Program-made: the position numbers and the translations under genes | Part shown: positions 1 to 12,945 of the stretch, in pieces | Position numbering within the stretch: the stretch's first letter is position 1 | Layout of the letters: each line of letters begins with the position of its first letter | The notes under the pieces: model-generated | Told to the model about the DNA's origin: nothing | Database searches by the model: none | Seen by the model: the letters and a program-made list of their open reading frames with translations, nothing else | From: Callorhinchus milii | Taxonomy: Eukaryota | Reading direction: 5' to 3' | Assembly: GCF_018977255.1 (NCBI RefSeq) | Contig: NW_024704744.1 | Location: 51,398,001 to 51,462,000 of the forward strand | DNA length: 64,000 bases

Positions 1-240
1 GAATCAACATGAAGCAAACATTCTAACACAAAGTCAAAACTACAGAAGCTGCTCCTAACCCTGAACGTAGGCCTGTCTCTCTCGCCTGTGATCTGCACCG
101 GAGATGAAATTCTGTTAATTATTCAGAAACATCAGCAGGCAGAAAGGTATTCTGAGGATTAACGAAAACCCAGAAGTCTCAGTTGGCATGGAAGGATTTT
201 TTTTTTTGGACAGATCAGCGTTATAGTCCATTTACACTGT

Positions 241-346
241 TTATGCAAGCTTCACTTTTGCTGGTGTGTAGTTTTTGTCTATTGTTTCCTCTTGAAGAAA
301 CATATGCAGACAGCGCTCATTCTGTGCCAAAGGGTGCCCAGCAACT
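241..346 (-). CDS. SNX3: SNX3 last coding exon (VAGHPLAQNERCLHMFLQEETIDKNYTPAKVKLA*)
   Basis: tttttcag acceptor; TAA at 243-241; spliced CDS 162+96+125+106=489 nt, 162 aa. Confidence 0.97.
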
Positions 347-489
347 CTGAAAAATGAACAATATTCAAATTAAAATGTTGCCATAGTGTTATATATTAAA
401 AAATTTGAATAGAATACAGGGCCACTGTTCAACTGGTGCAGGCTCAGTTATGCATTAGTTGATAATTTTCTAAGCAATAATTTATACAC

Positions 490-870
490 ATAACACCTTT
501 CATGTTAGGGGAACACGTTGAAGTGCCTTACAAAGGCTGAGCAGGATCTGCAAGTGGTTAAGCTGGCTGAAGGCATAGTCTAAGATGCAGACTTTTGAGC
601 AGGACTTGAAAGCAGAGATGGAAGGGCCAAAACAGATGAATATTAAGAGATCCAGAGGGCTGGAAAAAAATGTGAGTGAAAGCTCTTGCCAATGGTAGGA
701 TGGGAATGAAGCAATCCAGAGTTGGAGGGAGTAGGATCACAAGAGATTGCAGAGATAGGGAAATACAGAGAAGTGGACTTTAATTTTAATCTGCTGGGAG
801 ACAGGGAACCAGTATAGCCAGAATAAAAATAGTTAATTCCAGATAAATACCAGGGTAAGGCAGTCACCAA
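490..870 (-). mobile_element. Degenerate L2 3' fragment
   Basis: Antisense L2 tail and HWLP-region remnants (gggagacagggaaccagt). Confidence 0.5.
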
Positions 871-1178
871 CATAAGGAAAAGATCTAAATCCTATCAATT
901 GAGTCAAATAGAATTTCTCCTGGGATTTAAACTCAGAAGAACTATTCTACATTTTGCTATTTTCCCTTAAGACCTATTAAACATTTTGTTCCAGACCTGG
1001 ACATTCAGCTTTTAACCTGAAGCAATGTTTCATTTTCTCTTCCTTTTGCTATAGACTGACAATAAAGCACATTTTCAATTCACATATATCCTATGCTCGT
1101 CACCTATCAAATGTTTGAACAAATTAGCAGAGTCCTTTGAATTATTTATACATTAGGAGATGGTATAGAAATATAGAA

Positions 1179-1483
1179 GAGTCCTGTAGCTCAGTGGTTA
1201 GAGCACTCGCTTTGCAAGCGAGAGACCAGAGTTCAATTCCAGGCAGGGCAAAACCTTGGGCAAGTTTCCTTACTCCACACGCCTAATAATAATCCCTCTA
1301 AAAGCAATAATAAATTGGTCATTTTCAATCTACGACTGTTTGTGGGACATTGCTGTGCGCAATTGGCTGCCGCGTTCGCCCACAAATATACAGTCAATTC
1401 ACTTTACAGTGTGTTCTGTGAAGCGCTTTGGGACGTCCTCACGACGTGAAAAGCGCTATATCAAATGCAAGGATTATTATTAT
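1179..1483 (+). mobile_element. tRNA(Ala)-derived SINE, short subfamily, full length
   Basis: A box TAGCTCAGTGG, B box GTTCAATTCC, TGC anticodon-like loop, tail ...caaatgcaaggattattat; decayed TSD tata(g/t)aaat(a/g)taga. Confidence 0.9.
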
Positions 1484-2301
1484 ATAAATGTAGACTGGTA
1501 AAAATCCCAGATTTCATTTAAATCAGCAACAAATTATGTTGAAAAGTTAGAACTCCTTCCAATGATGAGGATGACAGAGAGAAAGGAGAGGAGAAAGTGG
1601 AAAAGAGATACACGAGTTTGCTGAAAGCTCAAAATCCTTTAAGCTTAACAGCAGCTTTGAGCATTTTTGGTATGAGGGAACATTAAGGATTCGCAGCATT
1701 TGTTTTACAATGCTCTATACATGTCTGAATGAACATGCTTTCCACTCAGAGCTCAATTTAAGATGATTCAAAACTAGAGCTTGCCACATTCACACATGAA
1801 ACAGATGGTAACATCAGTAATCAGAAATAATTGCAGGTGTAACTTTTATTGTTCACTTTAAACGAAGACCACCTTAGACCAAAAATAAAGTACGTGAGTG
1901 GAAAAATAACAGAAGACCGTTCTTTTTTTAAAAAAGAACACAATTTTAATGGCAATTTACATAAATTATATATGGAAAACACAACAAAATTAAAAACTCA
2001 GCCAGACTCCTCCATGCCCTCAGCCTCGTAATGGAATCATTCTCAAAAGTAATCACAATTAAAAAAAATTATGTTATCTTGTACGATCAAAACAACACAT
2101 CAAGGATTTTCATTTTTGAAACTATGCACAACTTTGTGGAATTTAAAAAACACTTTCGTTTTTATACCAATTATGAAAACAAAACTCATTCATAATAGAA
2201 TATACAATTTTGCAACAGTAATGAGCTCTTTAAATGCCAAGTATGTAGCATTTTGCTTTTTGAAACATTCAGAGGGTGTAGGAAACGGAGCCTTTTCTTA
2301 C

Positions 2302-2426
2302 TTGTTAATAAACTGTTCAAGCCCTTGCTTTCGTTCTTCTATAAAAGAATCATCGAAGATCCCATCATCTCCTCGAAAAGGCAGCTGGCGAAATATTGCT
2401 TTGCCAGGCAATGCTGGCACCACAAC
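2302..2426 (-). CDS. SNX3: SNX3 coding exon 3 (VVVPALPGKAIFRQLPFRGDDGIFDDSFIEERKQGLEQFINK)
   Basis: PX proline loop and EERKQGLEQF; ctcctag acceptor, GTAAGA donor; 125 nt. Confidence 0.97.
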
Positions 2427-2896
2427 CTAGGAGAAAACCAGACATACAAATCTATATTAGCAAGTCCTTATGCATTAAAAGATCAATTTTAGTAATCTGA
2501 GAGCAAGCCTTCTTCCTGCAAAAAAAGTGCAGTTTTTAAGAATGTGAAGGGAAAAATTATAAACTTCCATCAAACCAAGTTATTCTGCAGTCCAACTATG
2601 ACTTACTTCTATGTTGTCTCACAATGTAAAAGGTGCTAAAATGTAATATAAATTGTATTGTAATTAAGTTATGATCAAGGAGTACAGCTAGCCAGTGTCT
2701 GGGATATTAGAGGAATGCACAAGCCCATGGGGCCTTCCCGCAGCCCCAGGCCCCTACACAATAGATAAGTTCACTTTCCCCTCTTTCAGTAATACAAAAT
2801 TAGAAATAGAAAAAAAAATGGATGGAATTAGAATTATAACTGCAGCTCACAAGTACAAACAAGAATAAAAGTGTTGTTTTCCTCCACTGGCTTTAC

Positions 2897-2992
2897 CTTG
2901 CTTTCCCTTTCCAGTTCATTTCTCAGCCATTCAAAGTCACTGTATCTTCTCCTGACTGAAGATTCCTTCAGCTTGAATATTGGCAAATTGGT
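2897..2992 (-). CDS. SNX3: SNX3 coding exon 2 ([32 protein letters not shown])
   Basis: PX-domain RRYSDF motif; ttttcag acceptor, GTAAAG donor; 96 nt, phase 0/0. Confidence 0.97.
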
Positions 2993-4073
2993 CTGAAAAG
3001 AATTTAAAAATAGTTAATATATAAATCAAGGAATTCTGCAATTTTGACAAAGGGTTGTTGGACAAACATACATCAAAAATGCATTATTTTTGAATTGACT
3101 GAAAAAAATCTTTATACAACATTCAGTTCAATTTAGTCAAAATTTCAAATGAGCTTTCATTCTTTCCCTTCCCCAAGTCAAGACAGAGACCATTTCAAAA
3201 TGTCCTGAGAATTTAAAATAATCCATAAAAATCTGAAAAGGACTGCTATTTGTCTGAACATCAGATGAAACTGAGGGCTTTCACTTCATGGATTCTTGTA
3301 CTGAACACCTTTCTTTCCACAAAAAGAAACCTCACTTAAGACAAGCAGTTAATTTGAACAAATTGGATTCTGGATTACAACTCTCTAATTTCACCTCGTA
3401 GCTAGCTTCAATTTCACCTGAACTTTCCCCCTCTTCACCTTTGAGTCTTTGTACACCTTAAATACACAGAACAAAACCTTTACAACACAGCTTTCAGATG
3501 AGGCATTGCATTTTAAATACCCTGTCTCAAATTACAAGAGATTAGCTTCTATTTAACTTAAAAGTGTAAAGATCAACCTAGTCAAAAGAGCCTACTCAGA
3601 GCATTTACCTGTGGGCACGGAAGTCTATGAAGTTAATCTGTAGAACATATCATGGTTACAGGTACAGCATTTGACTGGAGAGGATAATCCACACTAATTT
3701 GCCTTTAAAATTTCCCTTTTGAACTTCTGATACCTCTCTCTCATTCACTACCTGTCCAGGAGGATGGGGGTGGGAGAAGGAAGGGGCAAAATGTGATCTG
3801 AGAATACAATATTCATTGTGTTCTGAATTTGTAGAACCAGGTAATAATCTTACTGAACCTGCCATTTTCAAACTTCAGTTTAGTGATCCAATATGTCTGG
3901 CAGCTTTTCAATTTATTTTTCCCCACCCAAAGTATATAAGAGCAGATTCTGTGCTGTTGAGAAATAGCCCCGTTTGTCAGGAAGCAACTCCCCTCCTTTC
4001 CATTAGATGACAAACAACCAAAAGATAAAGGGCAAAGAGCACAAATAGGTGCATGTACAAAAATGCTAGAAGC

Positions 4074-4327
4074 ATAATAATCCTTGCATTTGATATAGCG
4101 CTTTTCACGTCGGGAGGACGTCCCAAAGCGCTTCACAGAGTACACTGTAAAGTGAATTGACTGTATATTTGTGGGTGAACGCGGCAGCCAATTGCGCACA
4201 GCAATGTCCCACAAACAGTCGTAGATTGAAAATGACCAATTTATTATTGTTTTTGGGGTTTTGGAGGGATTATTATTAGGCGTGTGGAGTAAGAAAACTT
4301 GCCCAAGGTTTCGCCCTCTGCCTGGAA
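4074..4327 (-). mobile_element. tRNA-SINE, head truncated
   Basis: Near-identical reverse complement of about 1237-1483. Confidence 0.9.
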
Positions 4328-5339
4328 CATGTGGTAAGAACCGGAGACATGTCAAAATAAGACACAGAATAAATACAATTCGCAAGCACACGGGTTATTA
4401 AGGAAAGATAGGAAAGTTCGAGGGAAGGGTTCTATATATGCAGTTGAACTAGAATTACAATCATGGTATGCAATTCGACAGGAGGCCAGAGGTGGGGTTG
4501 CAGGAGGCCACAGCGATAGGATGGAGCAAGGCCATCAAAGATCCAGGAGCTTACAAAGTCAATCCACTGAGAAATAGGGAGCAAGTAGAGCCAGGTGATG
4601 ATGGCAGCATTGGGCTTGCAGAGCCTGGTGTGAAAGAGGAATTGGGCTGTAGAGCTCTGGATGGTCTGGAGCTTGAAGGGTAAAGCTGGTTAGTCCAGTG
4701 AGCAGAGCACACTCTAACGTACTGCTGTATACCTCAACAGAATTACTTAACGTTGACCTCAAATCGGATTGTACACAACATTTATACTTCAGATAGAGCA
4801 TTTCTTCTCCTTCTCAGAATGCTTTTAAGCAACTCTGAAGTGAATGCTTTCAGTACATTTGTTTTCCAGCAACTCAGAGACATGCACTTAAAAACCTCTA
4901 TCATGCCTGTTTCTTCAAAATCTCTTAAAAGCACACTGCCATTAGAAACAAAGCACAGTCAAGTATAGATGCTTATTACAGGTTTTTACACTGCTCTTAT
5001 GTATCAGTCTAGTATGCAGGCAAAGAGCCAAATGATTTTTACTGATCTAGATTGTTCAGAGCGGACAATGTACAGTTTTTGAAAATGCTCAGAAAAGCTT
5101 TCAGAGCAAAATAATCTCATTACTTGATGTTTGCAGCAAAGATATTTAGACTTGTGTGTGATCAGTAAAATATACCTACACACATTTAAAATTCAAGTAG
5201 GAACAGAAAGTCTTAAGTGTTCTTCTCATGGGAATGTTTAGACACTTTTATATATTCAATATTAAATTAAGATATGCAATATTGTTTATATATTAGCTGG
5301 TGTATGGAACCTTAACAGTATTGCATAGCTTATTTTTTT

Positions 5340-6060
5340 AATATTGAACTTAAAAAGATAGTTGTGAGTGACAAGAAAGAAATGGGGCAAAGGAGTGTAG
5401 TGTGAGGGTAGTGATAGAGGCAGCAGCAAAAGATATGGGGGTTATAGAAGCCGAGGGAAAAAGGAGTAGGAGTCAGGAGGGTGAAAAAGTATGCAGCCAA
5501 GCAGATATTTTTGGTATTTGAGGTGAGGATTGCGGTGCAGGGTGGGGGTGCAGAGGAGACAATGTGTGGAGGAAAACAGAGCGGACCTTGCGGTTGTTTT
5601 TGGCTTCCACAATAGCCTTGGGAGTAAAACAGAGTTTGGGCTTCTGTGAGGGAGAAGCGATGAGCTTGAAGGTGTTTGAGGCAGATGCAACAGTGAACCC
5701 TGAACTTGTACCAACTGTATCCAAGTGCACAGAGTTGGGATTTAAGGGAGTGGAAATGGCAGGGAAGATGGTCCAAATTTCAGGGGGGCAAGCGAGTTGA
5801 AGGTCAAGGAGAGATGGCTATTTAGAAGCTTGATGGCTGCACTGAGATCATTCCGAGTGCAACGCAGGAGTGAGAGATGATACAAGGATAAAAAAAAGCA
5901 TTTGTCAGGGACTCAAGGAAGATTTTTCCAGGAGTAGGAGATAGTGGAGAGTTTGGCAGAGGAAAGGGGATTTGGGAGGAGAGATGAGGAAATGGTCAAA
6001 GACAGCCTTGTCCATGGAGAGCTCAGAAACATCAAGCCCTTGGGCGATAATGAGATCAAG
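5340..6060 (-). mobile_element. L2 LINE internal fragment, degenerate
   Basis: Purine-rich plus strand typical of antisense L2; similar to 23230-24060. Confidence 0.55.
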
Positions 6061-6430
6061 AGGTGGCCTTGGTTGTAGGCAGCAAGATTTTTGCAGCAGA
6101 TTAAGTATGCAAATTCCAAACATAACTATTCATCATGAATTAAAGTTTGAGGTTGTACAGCATATGGTCAGATTTCTCAATTAACATTACATGTCAACTT
6201 AAGAAGCTTCTAGATGCCAAATGAATATTGTCTATGTGGACAGTTTTGAAAAAGAATCTTTTAGAGATGTCATATTATTGCCAACACCTTGGGACATTCT
6301 CCCGACGTGAAATGCAGTATGCGAATGTTTGTTGTTGTTTTCGTCAGACAGCCAAGACTACTATTAACAACCCTCTTTTGCACAGTAGATCATTGAAGCT
6401 TGTTTGACATAGAGCAAAAGCATGGATTAC

Positions 6431-6788
6431 ATAATAATCCTTGCAGTTGACATAGCGCCTTATCACGTCTTCAAGCCGTCTTAAAGTGCTTCACAGAATA
6501 TACTGTGAAGTGAATTGACAGTATATTTTGTGGACGAAAAGTGGCAGCCAATTGCGGATAGCAGTGTCCCACAAACAGTCGTGGATTGAGTGACCAAATT
6601 ATTTATAGGGAATATTATCCCCGGAAAAAGGATCTGCCAATCGACTAACAACCAGGTTCCTGCTTACTGCTAGGTAAACAGGTATGTGGAACAAGGAAAC
6701 TTGCTCAACATTTCGCTCTGCCCAGGAATCAAACCCAGGTCCTCTTACTTGCAAGGCAAATGCTCTAACCAATAAGCTACAGGACTCC
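6431..6788 (-). mobile_element. tRNA-SINE, long subfamily
   Basis: Same head and tail plus an extra internal segment (tgtttacctagcagtaagcaggaacc...). Confidence 0.85.
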
Positions 6789-6954
6789 AAAAGCAGCCTT
6801 CTGCAAACATGCAGAGCTGCATATTCAAAATTTTCATTTTTTTCTCTTGCAAGATGTACAGCACTTTGTTAATCTTATAAGCATAGGAAAGACAACCCAA
6901 CATCTGTACGCAAAATCTGCCTTCTCTGTATGTCTCAGTATCATACTATGAACC

Positions 6955-7285
6955 ACCGGGGTCAGCCTGGCTCAGATGGTTGTGGGTTCAAGCCCCACGT
7001 CAGGACTTCAAATCAGACGTCTAAGATGATATTCCAAAGCAATACTGGGGTGTTTTTCATTGTCGAAGGTGCCGCCTTTCAGATGAGACATTAAACCGAG
7101 GTACCGCATGCCTGTTCAGGTGGATGTTAAAAATCTCATGGCATTATTCTAAATAGAAGGACGATTATCCTGGTATCCTGGCCAACAATCCCCCAAATAA
7201 AATTGGTCACTCAATCCATGGCTGTTTGTAGGACATTGCTATGCGCAAACTGGCTGACACATTTTACCCACAAAATATAGTCAAT
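6955..7285 (+). mobile_element. Deu-domain (SacSINE1/AmnSINE-like) SINE, interrupted by L2; its tail resumes at about 8086-8150
   Basis: ggtgccgcctttcagatgagacattaaaccgagg...cctgttcaggtggatgttaaa Deu-like core. Confidence 0.7.
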
Positions 7286-8088
7286 CTACTCTTGGGCGAT
7301 GGCAGCATCAGCCTCCATGGCCGCACACTCAACCTCACTAAGCCAGTCAGGAACCAGGGTGTCTTGCTTGACCCTTCCTTTCTCCCCCACATCCGCGCCA
7401 TGACCGGCACTGCCTACCACCACCTCCGCAACATTGCCAGACTCCGCCACTCCCTCACCCCTCAGGCTGCCAAAACCCTCACCCACACATTCGTCACATC
7501 AAGGCTCGACTACGGGAACTCCCTCCTCATCGGCCTTCCCAACTCTTCCCTTCACAAACTGCAGATCATCCAAAACTCTGCAGCCCGTGTACTCTCACGC
7601 ACCAGGCTCTGTGACCCCATCACTCCCACCCTCGCCCGATTCCACTGGCTCCCCATCCCCCAGAGGATCGAGTTCAAGATCCTCATCCTCACTTTTAAGG
7701 CCATCCATGGCCTTGCCCCTCCTACCTCTCTGACCTGCTGACTCCCTAACAATCTGCCCGCTCCCTCCCTCCGTTCAGCAGGCTCCGGCCTGCTCCCATC
7801 TCTCCCTCCCGATCTACCATCGGTGGCCGGGCTTTCAGCCTCTCTGCCCCCACACTCTGGAACCCCATCCCATGGTCCCTTCGCCTCGCTTCCTCCCTTG
7901 CCTCCTTCAAGGCCGGTCTCAAGACCCTTCTCTTCGATCGTGCCTTTGGTCGCCCTCCCATCTCTCTGCCTTCCCTCACCTCTAAACCACCCCTCCCCCA
8001 GGCTTGGGCCCCGATACCTGACTGTTCAGTGCTTTGGGACATCCTCCCAATGTGAAAGACGCTCTATAAATGTAATTTTGTTGTTGTG
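7286..8088 (+). mobile_element. L2-clade LINE 3' fragment (RT C-terminus and tail)
   Basis: HLRNIARLR...SRLDYGNSLL.GLP...LQIIQNSAAR...HWLPIPQRIEFKIL; (TTG)n tail. Confidence 0.92.
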
Positions 8089-8249
8089 AAGCTCTTTGAG
8101 ACGTTGTTTGATAAGGTGCTAAATCAAATGCAAAGATTTGGATTAATTATTAAACCCAGTTTAAGCCAGTGTTAATTCGTTCAGGTCCATGAACCCCAAC
8201 GTACTTGAACATATGTGGATTTAGTGGAATATTTGCAAATAGATTAAAC

Positions 8250-8422
8250 AATAATAAATTGGTTATTTTCAATCCACGACTGTTTGTGGGACATTGCTGT
8301 GCACAATTGGCTGCCGCGTTCACCCACAAATACAGTCAATTCACTTTACAGTATATTCTGTGAAGCGCTTTGGGATGTCTAGAAGACGTGAAAAGCGCTA
8401 TATCAAATGCAAGGATTATTAT
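8250..8422 (+). mobile_element. tRNA-SINE 3' half
   Basis: Body and tail match the 1179 copy. Confidence 0.85.
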
Positions 8423-8684
8423 TGTTAGATTGGTTTAGGAGGAGAAGTGCAGCAAGCTAATCTTAATGGTATTATGTGATTCAAAGAGCATGGAAAGTTA
8501 GATCCAATTTAAGTACTGTTAATGTGATCATTAGCATCCCTAATATCTCAAACTCTACATTACAATATTGACAATTCACCATTACCAAGGTGTTTGCTGG
8601 TCTGGTTTATGGTTCCACCATGTCATCCAAATCCCCTTGAAAGAAATTCAGCATTTGGCCACCTCTGTTTGTAGGATAGGACTA

Positions 8685-9050
8685 TAATAATCTTTGTATA
8701 TCAAAGCATGTCAAAATGCTTTACAAGCTTTACGCTGAAGTGCATTTACTAATTGTAAATGAATGCAGTTGCCAATTTTCACAGAGCAAACTCTCACAAA
8801 CAGCAATTGAGTGATAATGAATTTCAGCTGGAGGAATGTTGGTCAGGACATTGAGAAGAACTTGTTTCTCCCCCCAGGTAGTGCCATAGGATCTTTAAAG
8901 TCTATGTGAACAAAGATGAGACCTCAGTAATATCTCATCCAGCATCTTAGCATCAATCTATATTATGGGCTCAAAGTCCCAACATAAGACTTCAACCTAC
9001 AACCTTCCAACTCAGCAGCAAGTGTGCTAGTGAATGAGCCAGGCTGACAC
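8685..9050 (-). mobile_element. Deu-domain SINE, degenerate
   Basis: Reverse complement of the same core (gtagtgccataggatctttaa...atctcatcc). Confidence 0.6.
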
Positions 9051-10479
9051 TTTATAATCCACACCTGTATATCGGCTGGTCTTCATTATGAAGTGCAGGT
9101 TATTCGCAGTAAACTTAGATTTGATTTATTCTGATCATCAATGGTTTTCAAAATTATAAATTTCTTAAATTTTAATTTAAGATTATTTATAATTTTAAAA
9201 TAATCATATCAATGGAAATACTGATATCAGCAGTGCAATAAAGCAACCAATGTCCTTATCAGTATAAATGTTGAATTTGCAGCTCTGGGGTCTATTGTAG
9301 GTCATTGCAGTATAAACAAGGAGCCAATGGAAGACAGGTGGTGGGACACTAAACATACCCCAAAGAGACATTTGAAAGTTGTCCTAATGTTAATCCTCCA
9401 GCTAAATGGACAATTAAAAGACAATTATTACTGTAAAGTATTTAACACTTTGAGGCTTGAACAGCATAAAATAAGTTATTTTTGCCTGACAAAAGGTTGC
9501 CACTTGTATTTTGCAGAAGAGTAGAATGGCTGCATAAAGAAACAAGAATATTTAACTGTCAACAATACATAATATACTGCACCAAACTTATGGTACAGAT
9601 GTGAACATCAAAAATCTTCACATCAGAGCACTGTGTAGAGTCAAGTGGAGGCAGCCACAAAAAAACAAGTCATTTCTGTCCTAGAAGAATATTGGAGATC
9701 AGCATTTATGAAGGCCTTGGAGCAGGGTGCTCATCTGCTACGCTGTGAACGCAGTATTGCAAGGAAAGATTCGAGCATTTATTCCAAGTCGCAGGAACAA
9801 TGTTGCAAATTATTCAGTGTACATTGTTATTTCAAGAGGTCAACATTAGCAATCCAGTTACTAGTTATTACATTGAAATAAGGGCCATCTCCCCATTCTC
9901 ATTGTTTGCACCTTTAAAAAATAGTACACTGTACAAATAATGCGTGGCTCAACACAGGAAACAAAATGTAGAATGTTATTTCCAATTCAAGGTACTTGCA
10001 GCACCCAACCATTTTTTCCTTGACATTCAAACCATCGGATCACCCAGCCCTATATTTAAGCTAATTCCAGCTTCCCATGCAAGCTTTGAATGCCTTCCAA
10101 ATTACTTGCCGTTTCTCCACTCCGGCAGTCATGCCTGAAAGCAAGTACAGTGCACTGGAAGAAACGTGCTCTCCTGCAAACTAAGCCATTTAGAAGTCAA
10201 ATTTGTTTGGGGGGGTCACAGGTAGAAATATATGTTTGGAAAATGCTGCAGTTTAATGGGGGAGGCACACAATTCTGAACCTGGCACTTCTGCAAACGAC
10301 TGCCGTCTTCTCCCCCCTCTCCCCTCCCCTCACAGCCCCATGGTTTCAGGTTCAGTCGAATGCACTCATACTTTCTACTTGTCCCACAGGTAGAAAGAAG
10401 GGGGAAGTAATGAGAAGACTGTGTCAACCACAGCCTCGGGCGGCACAGTGTGGGAGACGCCATTTGATGACTTCAGCTC

Positions 10480-11075
10480 TCGGCAAAATTAATCGCCGCC
10501 TTTCACTGGTAACTTCGTCCCCGGAGCTGCGCGCCAGAGGCCAAAGGCCAACACAGGCGTCCCTCCACCTGCGAGCGGGTGTGGTGGTGTGTGTGTGTGG
10601 GGGGGGGGGTCAGCCTGGTGTGGCCGCACTCCGGCCCACAGCTCCTCTCCCCTCCCCGGCTCGGCCCCGCTCGGCCCCGGCCCCGCGCTCACCTTTATCC
10701 GGACCTCGTAGGTGGTGTAGCGGTACCGCCCGATCCCCACCGTCTGCGGGTTGCTCACGTCGATCTCCAGGAAGTTGCTCGGGGGCCCGTAGGCGTCCTT
10801 GAGGTTCTGCGGCTTAGCCAACAGCCTCCGGGTGTCGGGCACGGCCTCGGCCATTCCTCCTCCCGCGGCTACTCCACCATCAGCTGCTCTTCAACTGACG
10901 CCAACCCGCCGCGCAGCCCCCTGGGAAATGTGGTCCTCGCCGGAAGCGAAGGCGTTACCTCCCGGTCAGCGCGGGAGGCGGCGGCGCCCGGGAACTACAG
11001 CCCCCAGGGTGCACCTCGGCCCAGGGGCGCCTCCCCTCTCCTCCCTCCAGTCCTGGAGGAAGTGAAGCCTCCCCA
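10480..11075. promoter_or_regulatory. CpG island / SNX3 promoter with two ZNF143(SBS)-like sites and an ETS site
   Basis: High GC and CpG; CTGGGAAATGTGGTCC 10921-10936; AACTACAGCCCCCAGGGTGCA 10993-11013; CCGGAAG 10940-10946. Confidence 0.75.
10693..10854 (-). CDS. SNX3: Sorting nexin 3, coding exon 1 (MAEAVPDTRRLLAKPQNLKDAYGPPSNFLEIDV...TTYEVRIK)
   Basis: N-terminus typical of SNX3; 162 nt; AAG|GTGAGC donor; lies in a CpG-rich island. Confidence 0.96.
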
Positions 11076-12529
11076 GTGAGCTGCTGTAGGATGGACACAG
11101 GACTGACACACACACACACACAGGGGGAAAAAATACAATTTGTTGCGAAGAAAAATGCAAAACACGTAAAGAGTGAGTTAAAATGCAAACTTGAACCATT
11201 AATGGCTCTTGAAGTGAAGCGCCATTTGCTTCTGAAGTAAACGAATGGATGAGAGCTGGAGATGACCTGAACCTGGAGCAGAGAGCTCCAGCAGCCTCAG
11301 GAAGCCCACAGCTGGAGACAGTTTAGGGAGGGACGTGGTTGTGTAAATTCCCAATCTAACAAGAACAGGAATAGGATGAGTGGAGGCTGAAAAGGAGTAT
11401 AAACACCGGACAAATTAGTTGAACCGAATTGCCTGTGTGGGTGCTGTACGGTCTATGAAATTGTTCAACAGGAGGGGCTGAGGGATTCGTGCTGAGACAG
11501 AAAGGTTGATGGAATAGGTTTCAGAGGGTCCTGTTAATGAACCTAAGTAAACTAGTTTACCATAGATCATTTGTCCTGTTCCTGTGTCCTTTTCCTGCTC
11601 CTATATACAAATATACTAATAGAAATAATTGGGAATACAGTGGTGGCTATACCTGTTTTAGCTGTCCTTTTTTTCAAAGCAACAGTGCTTGATTTTATTT
11701 CCTTTTGTTTCACAGAAAATTTCATTTACAGATCTCGTGTTCACGTCATTGGCATCTGACTGTTTACAACTGCAGAGACTATCGATTGATTCCAGGGAAT
11801 CATGGTTAAAATGGTACAAGATTTAATAGCATGTCTTTAACGTTATTAAAGAGCCAAGGGAAATCACAATTCTTTAATAGCTTTAAAATTTACCAGCATT
11901 CAGCCACTTAAATTGTGTTTGTACAGAGAGATCCGATTTCCCCAGTTTAACTCGCAGGCGAGAAGAATGGGAAGCAGACAATGTAATTGTGGTTTGCCAG
12001 CTCTCAATTCCTGTGTTGCAAGTACCACAACAAGTCGGTGTCTACAGCATAACTAAGACATAATGATCAGGCATTAATATTAATCCATATACAGCAGATT
12101 AAAAATGAATCAACTGAAGGCACAAAATACCACAAGAATAATTGGCTGTCCATTCACCCACAAAATACAGTCACTCCACTTTACAGTGTTAAGAGCTTAG
12201 AGCCGTTCTCACGACTTGTAATATACAAAATGTGAGGATAATATTCAACCTGCTCCCAAAATGTAAATGATAGAAAAACACTACTTATTTTCCCTAATTT
12301 GAATAAAGGGTAAAAGGGAGGGCACTTACTGCCTTTTATGTCATTTAAATTGGGAACAGATACTCTTGCTGTATTATTTAAATGAAGTAGATTCCAGGAG
12401 TAGCAGTATCCACAAGTCAGAATCATTCTATGAGGTCAAAATTCAATGAGTACTACCAACGTACAAGTTCAATATGCATGATCCAATCCCAAATTTACCC
12501 AAGCACACTCCAAACTTAATCCAAATGTT

Positions 12530-12945
12530 CCAGCTAATACAAAGCTCCGCCATCCTCATCCACACTAAACTCTGCAAGTGCATCATAGCTGCCCCGGTTG
12601 GCCTCTAATGGTTGCCTGTCACCCAACGAAACAACTTCAAGTTCCTCACCCTTCAACTGTGAATCCTCAACACCATAGCACCACCCTCTTTCAGTGATCA
12701 TTTTCCACCCTACTTTTCTGCTTGTGCCCTCTGCTTGGCTAATTTGGGCTGCTATGTGCTTTCTGTGACTGTATCTCTGGAACTCCCTCGCTCGATCTTT
12801 CTGTCTTTGAATCCTGCCTTTACACCTTTTTGACTGTGCCTATGGTCACCTTCCCCCTCTTTCTCAACATCCAATCCCATCATTGTTATAGCACTCCAAG
12901 ATGTTATCCTATGTGAAGGCGTTATATAAATAAAGGCAAGTTGTG
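12530..12945 (+). mobile_element. Degenerate L2 3' fragment
   Basis: Q..Q.S..LP...FK.L remnants and tail gtgaaggcgttatataaat. Confidence 0.6.

Noticed and set aside
1179-1255. tRNA-Ala gene (also 30798, 32340, 33843, 53156, 53843)
   Set aside because: Acceptor stem does not pair and each head continues into a SINE body or tail
3813-4391. 192-aa ORF and the recurring INWSFSIYDCLWDIAVRNWLPRSP peptide
   Set aside because: Translation of the SINE body; recurs wherever the SINE does
10410-11079. GC-rich plus-strand ORFs over SNX3 exon 1
   Set aside because: Antisense shadows of the CpG island and exon
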